From positions 32,001-96,000 of the forward strand of contig CAWIEK010000060.1 in assembly GCA_963835065.1 (NCBI GenBank): a stretch of DNA of 64,000 bases, written 5' to 3'. The translations under genes were made by a program, and so were the position numbers. Shown in pieces: positions 52,766 to 61,735 of the stretch. This DNA is from an uncultured Chthonomonadaceae bacterium (GTDB lineage Bacteria; Armatimonadota; Chthonomonadetes; Chthonomonadales; Chthonomonadaceae). The notes beneath the pieces are model-generated. The model ran no database searches. It was not told where the DNA came from and saw nothing but the letters and a program-made list of their open reading frames with translations. The stretch's first letter is position 1, and every line of letters begins with the position of its first letter.

Positions 52766-54175
52766 ATGCCCATGACTGAGCCTGAAATCCTGGCCGCGTT
52801 TTACAATAACTGTGATCCGGTCAAACCCGCCGACGCGCCGTTCTATGTGGACTGTACGGATGTGCGGGGCGGGGCGGTTTTCGCCATTAAACTTTATACT
52901 GAACTGTCGCAAACGAATGGGCGCATCCATTCGCTGTTTACGGGACACATTGGGTGCGGCAAATCCTCCGAACTAAAGCATCTTGCCGACAAGATGAGCC
53001 ACAAAACGCTCCTGTCCGGCCAAAAGCGCTTCTTTCCTGTCATCGTGAATATGTCGGAGTATCTGGATGAATACGATGTCAGCACGACGGATATTCTGCT
53101 GTCCGTTGTCACGGAATTAGCCGACGCGCTGCGAAAACAGGAAGGTATTGAGATCGCTCCCTCCTACCTCAATCGCCAGTGGGACGAAGTGAAAGACTAT
53201 CTTGGCAGCGAACGTGAGATAAAGGAAGGGGAACTGTCACTGCCGTTTATCAAGACCAAAATGCAGCGTCTGCGCACGGACCCTGTTGCGCGGCATAAGG
53301 TGCGCGAGAAACTGCTTCCGCAAACCAGCAGCCTGCTGGAAGAGATCAATCTTGCTTTTGTGGCCGCGCGGACGGCTCTGCTCAAAAAAGCGCCCCAGGA
53401 CGGCGGCCAGCGTTACTCGGATTTTGTGCTGATTCTGGACAACCTGGAAAAGGTACAACGGCTTGTGGCAAACGCGCCGGGCGACGCTTCACAGCGCGCG
53501 TTGTTTATCGAAGGAGCGCCACAACTTACCGCGCTTGACGCGCACGTTGTTTTTACCGTGCCCCTCGCTCTGGTTCGCAGCGAGGGAAATTTGCTGATGC
53601 AGAAGTACAGCAAAGAGTTATTCGTGCTGCCCATGATTAAAACCGAACAGCGGGGACACGCGCATCTGCCCTTTGAAACAGGACGCGAGAAACTGGTGGA
53701 GTTGCTGGAAAGGCGCGTACCGTCCGGCGTATCTCTTGCCGATGTATTTGAAAAGGACGCGCTTGACTTTCTGATTGAATACTCTGCCGGCCATGTCCGC
53801 AACCTGATGATGTTTGCCCGCGAAACCACGCTGTATGTCAATGGTAAACTTCCGATTCCCCTCATTGCCGTACAGCGCGCGATTGCGCAGACGGTAAGTA
53901 TCCTTGTGCCCTCCGTCCGTCCTCACGATTGGGAATTGCTGGCGCAACTCGAACTGTCGGAATTGCAGGATTGGAACAACAACGGCCTGGAGGAACGTCG
54001 TTTGCTGGAAAATCTATGCGTGATGGAGTACATCAACGGTGGTGACGATGAACCGCTGATTGAATCATCCCCATGGTACGCCGTGAATCCTGTTCTGCGC
54101 ATACAGCGCGCCTTCAAAAATGCCGTCAAAGCCGAAAAGCAAAAACAGACATTGCCGCAAATCGTCACGGCATAA
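52766..54175 (+). CDS. P-loop ATPase (STAND/KAP-like)
   Basis: Walker A GHIGCGKS, Walker B LILDNLEK, YSAGHVRNLM, EYING..WYAVNP. Confidence 0.8.
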   Translation: MPMTEPEILAAFYNNCDPVKPADAPFYVDCTDVRGGAVFAIKLYTELSQTNGRIHSLFTGHIGCGKSSELKHLADKMSHKTLLSGQKRFFPVIVNMSEYLDEYDVSTTDILLSVVTELADALRKQEGIEIAPSYLNRQWDEVKDYLGSEREIKEGELSLPFIKTKMQRLRTDPVARHKVREKLLPQTSSLLEEINLAFVAARTALLKKAPQDGGQRYSDFVLILDNLEKVQRLVANAPGDASQRALFIEGAPQLTALDAHVVFTVPLALVRSEGNLLMQKYSKELFVLPMIKTEQRGHAHLPFETGREKLVELLERRVPSGVSLADVFEKDALDFLIEYSAGHVRNLMMFARETTLYVNGKLPIPLIAVQRAIAQTVSILVPSVRPHDWELLAQLELSELQDWNNNGLEERRLLENLCVMEYINGGDDEPLIESSPWYAVNPVLRIQRAFKNAVKAEKQKQTLPQIVTA

Positions 54176-54184
54176 AGTGAGCAT

Positions 54185-55150
54185 GTGGTGGACGTACAAC
54201 AATCCTCTCTCTTTGACTTTCCGCCCGATCTGGAAGGCCAGAAAAACGCTCTGACGACGGCCCTGCAAATTGTGCAGGACTTTGCGCTGTACATCGTTGT
54301 CTCGGAACCGTCGCGCGTCCGCCCGCGCCTGATGCGCGAAATGGAGGCGCGGCTTGGCGGCAAGACTATACAGCATATTGTCGTTCCAAAAGAAACCAGA
54401 AACCTCCTCCATCTGCTTGCCGACAATCTGACCGACCCTTTGCCCGACATCGTGTTTGTCTACGGCCTTGAAAACAGCATTTCCGCGTCCGCAGAACCCC
54501 GCTCTCATCCCCTGCTTCTAAACCTGAACGCTGCCCGAAACAATTTTTATGCTCTGCTGCCGCGCCCCATGGTACTGTGGATTCCCGCCTTTGTCTTAAA
54601 GGCTATTGTCGAGGCCGCGCCGGATTTCATTTCGGTGCGAAGCGGCGTGTACACGTTCCCCTTAAACTCTGATGAACGCCGGGAAATGGCTGATTCTGCC
54701 TTAATCATTGGTCAAACAAAACTGCTTGGTTTAGAATACATGGAGGGGGAAGCCCGAATCAGAGAGATGCTTAGTCTCTTATCAGAATACCGTTCGCTCC
54801 CGACACACGCGCGCAGTTCACAGGACGAAGCGCGAATTTTGAATCAATTGGCGCTTGCTTATCATGCTATAGGTAACTACTCGGAAGCGGAGCCATTGTT
54901 CACCGAAGTATTGGCAATACGGCGTCAGAGGTTGCCTGAAGGACATGCGGACATTGCAAACAGCCTCAACAACCTGGCAGCGCTTTACGATGCACAGGGG
55001 CGCTATCAGGAAGCGGAGCCACTATACAAGGAAGCTTTGAAGATTATTCGTAAGATTTTGGGAGAGGAACATCCACAAACAAAAAGTTTTATTACAAACT
55101 TGGAGAGGTTCCTTGCTGACAAAACCAAGCGTGATTTTGCTTCTGAATAA
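54185..55150 (+). CDS. TPR protein with an N-terminal degenerate P-loop-like domain
   Basis: VFVYGLE..LNLNAAR..AAPDFISVRSG followed by kinesin-light-chain-type TPRs (SLNNLAALY.AQGRY.EAEPLY). Confidence 0.8.
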   Translation: MVDVQQSSLFDFPPDLEGQKNALTTALQIVQDFALYIVVSEPSRVRPRLMREMEARLGGKTIQHIVVPKETRNLLHLLADNLTDPLPDIVFVYGLENSISASAEPRSHPLLLNLNAARNNFYALLPRPMVLWIPAFVLKAIVEAAPDFISVRSGVYTFPLNSDERREMADSALIIGQTKLLGLEYMEGEARIREMLSLLSEYRSLPTHARSSQDEARILNQLALAYHAIGNYSEAEPLFTEVLAIRRQRLPEGHADIANSLNNLAALYDAQGRYQEAEPLYKEALKIIRKILGEEHPQTKSFITNLERFLADKTKRDFASE

Positions 55151-55197
55151 TCTTATCAAACTTCCGGCTTCACAGGAGAACGAAAGGAAATCAGCAA

Positions 55198-55725
55198 ATG
55201 CCTGACCGGATTATACGCGAAATACCCTTGATTGAACGCTATGCGCGTCAGAACGAAAACGAAGACTGGCGGTTTCGCGCCCATTTGAAAGGCGAACTGG
55301 ACCTGTCCAACGAAGAACTCGACGCGGTTGTGAGGGAAACGACGGATGAAGTATGGAAGCAGATTGATTGTACGACGTGCGCCCACTGCTGCAAAACGCT
55401 GGAAATCGTCGTGGACAACAAAGATATAGCCCGCCTGGCGCAGCATTTCAACGTATCCGCCCGTGAGTTTACAAACCGCTACGTGAAGGTTACGGAAGAC
55501 AAAACAAAGATTTTCTCGTCCCTGCCCTGCCCGTTTTTAGGAGAAGACAACCGCTGCACCGTGTACGAAGACCGCCCATTGGCCTGCCGCGAATATCCCT
55601 ATCTGTATGAAGAGCATTTCCGTTCCCGCACCATCAGCATGATTGGAAACGCGGCCTGCTGCCCGATTGTATTCAACGTGTGGGACCGGCTCAAGCGGCA
55701 GTTCAAACCCCGCCGCAGACGTTAA
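55198..55725 (+). CDS. YkgJ-family cysteine-cluster (CxxCxxCC) protein
   Basis: CTTCAHCC, CPFL...CTVYEDRP.ACREYP. Confidence 0.88.
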   Translation: MPDRIIREIPLIERYARQNENEDWRFRAHLKGELDLSNEELDAVVRETTDEVWKQIDCTTCAHCCKTLEIVVDNKDIARLAQHFNVSAREFTNRYVKVTEDKTKIFSSLPCPFLGEDNRCTVYEDRPLACREYPYLYEEHFRSRTISMIGNAACCPIVFNVWDRLKRQFKPRRRR

Positions 55726-55945
55726 GGGTTCGTAGCGCCAAATCCGCGCTGACAAAAGCAAAGTCTATTCTCTCTGTCGTTCCTTTCACCCGCGCCAACA
55801 CTGCCGATAGACACCACCGCACACTTACATGAAACCGCTTCCACCGCAACCCTTGTCTGAGATGTCTATTAGTACCGCTGCGACATCCTGTTGGCCGCCA
55901 CCCGTATTGCAACGGGAAGTCCTGCAAGCGTTGGAAGAGCGGTAA

Positions 55946-56309
55946 GTAGAAAAAAGAGTATGTAGAGGCATCGTCGAAATCTTGGCAATACAGCGCTTCC
56001 AGCCCGATGTCTCGTTGTGTCAGGTTGTAGGAGAGAGGCGTCGTGGCCTCGAAAGCGTCAAGGCGGATGGGAGGGGTGAAACATAGGACTGGCACCTCCC
56101 TTCTTGGTTAGGGTTTTAGGGTTCTAGGGTTTTAGGTTGATAGTTGATAGGAACTGCGAACGTTCAGCCTTCCTGTGTGTCTAACATCTGAATAACAGAC
56201 CTTATTCTACTGTTTAGACGGCTATACGTGGCAAAGGGTTCACAGATTTCGCGTTGTTTTGCTCTTTTTTCTATCTTTTTTCTGGATTGTTTTTGCGGGA
56301 GGGTTGCTG
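55946..56309 (-). other. Dispersed ~355-bp element, copy B
   Basis: Inverted homologue of 35055-35407. Confidence 0.7.
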
Positions 56310-56508
56310 TTGGCGTCGCGCGGGGAACGAGGAAGGGGCACTTGCTAACTTACCAATAATGGTAATTGAATATTGAGCAATTACATAAGAATTAAGTTGC
56401 GTTAGCCCTGTTGTCTTCGCCGCTTCGCCCGAAGTTGGGTACGAAATACGGGTATAATATTAAGTAAGCAACAATTCACAACAGGGGTAAAAGGACACAG
56501 AAGTCGTT

Positions 56509-57201
56509 ATGAGCCAGAACGCCACTCCGGGAATAGGGACTCGCGCCTTCATCAGCCACAACAGCAAGGACAAACCGTTTGTTCGCACTCTGGAAGCCGA
56601 TTTGCAAGCGAATGGTTGCACGGCCTGGGTGGACGAAAACCAGATGTATGCGGGCGATTCGCTGCTGCAAGGAATTTCAACCGGCCTGCAGAACAACGGT
56701 TACGTACTTGCCGTATTTTCAGCCCATTTTGCGGCGTCGAATTGGGCGCAACAAGAAATTTCGGCAGCAGTTGCTATGCAAAACAGTGGCAAGGGAATCA
56801 AAGTCATTGTCTTGCGGCTCGATGATACACCTTTGCCTGCTTTGCTGCAAGGCAGTATCTACGTTGATTTTCGCGGCGATTATACTGCCGGCCTGAACCA
56901 ACTCCTCCGCGCGCTCACCCGTCCCGTTGCCACACCCATACAAGCCCCCGTCACTTTGTCTGTAGACCGTGCCAAACTTGTTGCGGTACTCAATAGTTTG
57001 GATAGCGTGTCGCTAACAAGCGTCATCAATCACATTGCTGGTGCGGGTACGCATGACAGTCCTCTACAGCCCGTGCCAATACGAGTTCAGGCGTTGCTCG
57101 GATTTGCCGAAGGCGCAGTCGGGCCTGGCCTGAACGCGGTTGCATCCGTCGTTGTGCAGTTGTTCCCTAATACGGCCTCTAAAATCGGCCCTTTCCGTTA
57201 A
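56509..57201 (+). CDS. TIR-domain protein with a C-terminal helical (effector-associated/Death-like) domain; 0-frame product
   Basis: AFISHNSKDK, WVDE...GDS, SNWAQQE (catalytic Glu), YVDF; C-terminal RVQALLGFAEGAVGPGL helical unit. Confidence 0.88.
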   Translation: MSQNATPGIGTRAFISHNSKDKPFVRTLEADLQANGCTAWVDENQMYAGDSLLQGISTGLQNNGYVLAVFSAHFAASNWAQQEISAAVAMQNSGKGIKVIVLRLDDTPLPALLQGSIYVDFRGDYTAGLNQLLRALTRPVATPIQAPVTLSVDRAKLVAVLNSLDSVSLTSVINHIAGAGTHDSPLQPVPIRVQALLGFAEGAVGPGLNAVASVVVQLFPNTASKIGPFR

Positions 57202-57231
57202 GCCCTGCCGTTTCCGGCACAACGACAGGGC
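57189..57231 (+). promoter_or_regulatory. Candidate -1 programmed ribosomal frameshift signal
   Basis: In-frame X XXY YYZ heptamer C CCT TTC (57189-57195), 6-nt spacer containing the TAA, stem-loop GCCCTGCCGTT-tccggcac-AACGACAGGGC (57202-57231); the -1 frame is open into NB-ARC. Confidence 0.65.
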
Positions 57232-58986
57232 GTTCGACACTGCCAACATTCAATGCGTACTTTACGGGACGTGAATGCCAGATGAACGACTTGCGCACTG
57301 CTCTGACAAGTGGCGGATCGGCGGCGGTGACGCAGGCGATCTCCGGTTTGGGCGGCGTGGGGAAAACCGCGCTTGCCGTCGAGTACGCGCATATTTATCG
57401 TGACCACTACGATACGCTGCTTTTTGCCCTCGCTGACTCCATTACCTCGCTGAACAGCGCTTATAAAGCTATCGCCGCGCAGTTGGGATTGCCGCAGGCC
57501 GCAAGCGATGATTTTGAAGTTGTGGCACAGGCGGTAAAACACCATCTGAACACGGCAACGCCCTCCCGCAAAGGCATTACACCTTACCTGTTGATTTTGG
57601 ACAACGCCGACTTTGGCACAACGCTCAAGCCCAACGATCTAAAAAGATTTCTACCCAATACCCCGACCGGTCATGTGCTGCTGACAACGCGCGCTCAAGT
57701 CCTGCATGGCGGGTTGGGTGTAAAGCCAAACCACGTCCTGCGCCTGGACGTAATGGTGGAGGAAGAGGCGTTTCGTTTTCTGGCAGAGCGCGTAGGCGGC
57801 GAGGGCGCGATACGGACGGGCGATGAGGCAACAGCGGCCTCAGAACTGGCGCGTGAGTTAGGGTATCTGCCGTTAGCGCTGGAGCAGGCGGCGGCCTACA
57901 TCGCGCAGCCAAGTCGTACCTTTCGCAACTACCTGAACCTGTACCGCAAGCGTTCGATTGAGGTTGTGGAACGCAACGCGCCGGAAACGGGAGATTATAA
58001 CAAAACAGTAGCGACGACGTGGCAAATCAGTTTTGATGAGGTAGAGCGCGAATGTTCGGCGGCGGCGGACTTGCTGCGCCTGTGCGCGTTTGTTGCCCCG
58101 GACTCTATCCCCATAGAAGTGATTTTAGCAGCAGCGAACGGTGAGGTGGAAAGCATTACGACGTTCTTTGGAATTTTGGAAGATACTGAAGTCAACAAGG
58201 ACAATGGCAATACTTTGCTGCAAGCGCTGGCACGTTACTCCCTGATAATGTGGAAGCATGAGTCGCATACGTTCAATGTGCATCGGTTGGTGCAGGCTGT
58301 AACACGCTGGCAGATGAAAGCGGATATACGGCAAGCATGGATAAAACAAGCAGTAAACGTCTTGAACTTGGCATTTCCGAACTCTGATTTTGAGAATTGG
58401 ACACGATGTGAACGACTAACTGCTCACGCACAAGCACTAGAGAAATTGTCTCAGAAAAGACGAGCATTGCAGCGACTCGGTAACACTGCTGGGCCGCATC
58501 GCTTCTTACTTGTATCAGCGTGGGCGCTATGAGGAAGCGGAGCCACTTTATAAAGAGGTATTAGCAGTTTATCGGAAAAATTTACTCTCAAATCACCGAG
58601 AATTTGCTGTTTATCTTAACAATCTGGCAGTGCTTTATAATACGCAGGGGCGTTATGTAGAGGCAGAAGCACTAATCAACGAAGTGTTAGCATTACGGCG
58701 TAAGAACCTGCCGGAAAATCATCCCGATGTTGCAAACAGTCTTAACAATCTGGCAGCAGTTTACCATAAGCAGGGGCGCTATGTGGAAGCCGAGGTTTCC
58801 TACAAAGAAGCCGTAGTTATTCTGCGCATTAAATTTGGAGATGACCATCCAAATACAAAATTTGTCGCTGAGAACCTGAAAACATTCCTTGCTGAGAAGA
58901 AAGAGCGTACTGCCTTTGTGCAACATTTCAAACTGCCGACTTCACTTTCAAAACAGCGGCAATACCGTTTGAAACGGCCCAAATAA
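57189..58986 (+). CDS. NB-ARC (STAND) ATPase + TPR (-1 frame continuation of the TIR ORF; additional frameshift near 58450)
   Basis: LPTFNAYFTGRE lies upstream of ATG 57282 in the same frame; GLGGVGKT, LILDNAD, LLTTR, GYLPLALEQAAAY, VHRLVQ; TPRs in 58510-58986. Confidence 0.85.
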
Positions 58987-59005
58987 AACTGGCGGGAGTA
59001 AACCT

Positions 59006-59400
59006 ATGTCCTTAACCATCACGCTGCCGAATGAATTGGAACAGTTTCTGCAAAACCATGCGCAGCGCGCCGGAATTCCCGTTGAAACGCTGCTTGCGCG
59101 CACGATTGTCGAGCGGTGGGAGAGTGTCCGTCGCGCTCCCGGTCTGCCGAACCGCGAAAGTGAACTGTTGCTGCGTTTGCAAACCCTGTTCCCTCCGAGC
59201 AGACGGACGAATATCGCGCGCTTTGTGCCAAAAGCGATGCCGGAACGCTCGCCCCGATGGAGCGGGAATGGTTGTTTGCGCTCCTCGAACAGCGCGACCA
59301 TCAGAACGCTGAACGCCTCGAAATCGTCGCCGAACTCGCGCATCTGCGCGGCATTTCCTTGCGCGAAATGATGGCGCAATTAGGAATTCGACCGGAGTAG
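59006..59400 (+). CDS. Small antitoxin-like protein (frameshift near 59190) preceding the HNH gene
   Basis: MSLTITLP..ESELL; the shifted frame gives ERLEIVAELAHLRGISL..MMAQLGI. Confidence 0.6.
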
Positions 59401-59406
59401 CGCTGT

Positions 59407-59829
59407 ATGGCGGTTGTTTCCGAAGCGATACGCGCACAGGTCGTGACGCAGGCTGGCGGCGTTTGCGAATACTGCCGCTACCCGGAGGAGTTCAATTCCG
59501 GGCGGTTCGCTGTAGACCACATCCTCCCGCGCGTTCTTGGCGGCGCAGATAACTTGAACAATCTTGCGCTTTCGTGCCGCAATTGTAACAAGCGCAAGCA
59601 GGACGCGACGGAAGCGCAAGACCCCTTGACGGAAGAAAGTGTCCCGCTGTTTCACCCACGTCGAGATCGTTGGGAAGACCATTTCGCATGGAGTGACGAT
59701 TTTCGTCATATTATCGGCCTGACCCCAACCGGACGCGCGACCATTGCCCGATTACAAACAAACCATAGTGGCGTCGTCCGGCAGCGCGAAGTATTACATC
59801 AATTGGGATTGCACCCCGTACCCGAATAA
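59407..59829 (+). CDS. HNH endonuclease
   Basis: CEYC, DHILP, NLALSCRNCN, LFHPRRDRWEDHF, GLTPTGRAT. Confidence 0.9.
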   Translation: MAVVSEAIRAQVVTQAGGVCEYCRYPEEFNSGRFAVDHILPRVLGGADNLNNLALSCRNCNKRKQDATEAQDPLTEESVPLFHPRRDRWEDHFAWSDDFRHIIGLTPTGRATIARLQTNHSGVVRQREVLHQLGLHPVPE

Positions 59830-59966
59830 AGCAAAAACAAAACGATGCTCACCCTTTGTGGCTTGATGTGGCTGCCGCGCTTCCTGTACTGCTGTTCATA
59901 GCAGGACTTCACCACTCCTTTCGCTAATCTCTCCTTGTTGAAATCTAACGACAAGGAGATTGTTTT

Positions 59967-61530
59967 ATGCCCCTCAAGATTGCCATGATTGGAGCCGGTT
60001 CTATCGGCTTTACGCGCCGCCTGATGGCCGATTTGCTTACCGTGCCCGAATTTGCCGACACCACCTTTGCTTTCACCGACCTCAACGCCCACAACCTGGA
60101 TATGGTGAAGCAGTTGGCGGAACGCGACATTGCCCACAACAACCTTCCCGCTAAAATCCAGTCCACGACGGATCGCCGCGCCGCTATTGCCGATAGCGAT
60201 TACGTGATCTGCATGATCCGGCAGGGCGGGCTGGAAGGCTTTCAAACCGACATTGACATTCCGCTCAAGTACGGCATTGACCAGTGCGTGGGCGACACCA
60301 TTTGCGCGGGCGGCATCATGTACGCGCAGCGCGGCATTGCGGCCCTGCTGGACTTCTGCAAGGATATACGGGAAGTCGCCAAACCCGGCGCGTTGTTCCT
60401 CAACTATTCCAACCCGATGGCGATGCTGACGTGGGCGTGTAACAAATACGGCGGCGTGAAAACCGTCGGCCTGTGTCACGGCGTGCAGGGCGCGCAGCAC
60501 CAGATTGCCGACTGCGTGACCCATTGGGCAAAGGGGCAGAAACTCATCGGGGAAGACGAGAAAGTCCACCGCCGCGATATTGAGTTCACGTTCGCGGGCA
60601 TCAATCATCAAACGTGGTGCCTGAAAGCGCAGTGGCGCGAGTATGATTTAATCCCCATGCTGCTCGGCCTGTTCCAATCCCATCCCAAGTACCCGACAAC
60701 CGAAAAAGTCCGCATTGACGTGCTGAAACGCTTCGGCTACTATTCGCACGGAAAGCAACGGGCATTTGTCCGAGTACGTGCCCTGGTATCGCAAGCGCCT
60801 GGACGAAATCAACAAGTGGATTGACCTCAGCACCTGGATCAACGGCGAAACGGGCGGGTATCTGCGCGTCTGCACGGAAGGCCGCAACTGGTTCGAGACG
60901 GACTTTCCCAATTGGCTGCAGCAGGAACCGCCCACGTTCACGCCCGACAAGCGCAGCGACGAACACGGCTCTTATATTATCGAAGGGCTGGAAACCGGGC
61001 GGACGTACCGGGGCCACTTCAACGTGCCGAACACGGGCATCATCACCAACTTGCCCGATGGCTGCATCATCGAATCATTGGGGTTTGTGGATCGAAACGG
61101 GATGCACATGGCGCACATCGGCGAACTGCCCTTAGCCTGCGCCGCAACCTGCAATGTCAGCGTCAGCGTACAGCGCATGGGCATGGAAGCCGCTGTTCAT
61201 GGCGACGTGACGCTCTTGAAGCAGGCCATGCTCCACGACCCCCTTGTCGGAGCCGTGTGCGACCCCGAAGAAGTGTGGCAAATGACGGACGAAATGCTCG
61301 TGGCGCAGGCGGAGTGGCTGCCGCAGTACGAGGCAAAAGGGGAAAGTGAAAAGGCGAAAGCCAGACTTGCCGAAGCGGAAGCGAACGGAACCCGCGTCAA
61401 GACGATGGAAGGCTTTGCAGGCATGGCGCGGCTGCACACCAAAACCGTCGAGGAGATGGCCGCGCAAAAGGAGGAAGCCCGCAAGAACGCGCAGGCTGCC
61501 GACAAAGGCAAAATGACGCAGAATGCGTAA
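59967..61530 (+). CDS. melA: Alpha-galactosidase, GH4 (frameshift near 60747)
   Basis: IGAGSIGF, DQCVGDT..AGG, NYSNPMA, GLCHGV, AGINHQ, (TES)NGHLSEYVPWY, AMLHDPL. Confidence 0.85.
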
Positions 61531-61735
61531 AAGCCGGTGGGTATAGCAGTTGGGTGTCGGTGCAGATGGAGTGCGAGAGATTGTCGAGAAGGAATATGAA
61601 ATGTCGGGTGTCGTGAAGGAAAATAGAGAAGGAATCCGTTACTCGGCGTCGAATGATACCGATAACGAAGTCGCCTGACGTGTCCCGACACCCGACACCC
61701 GATACCCGACGACCCTTCCTAAAGGACAGCCGTAA

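Noticed and set aside
58440..58510. Second programmed frameshift between NB-ARC and TPR
   Set aside because: No phased slippery heptamer or downstream stem; looks like the other presumed sequencing indels
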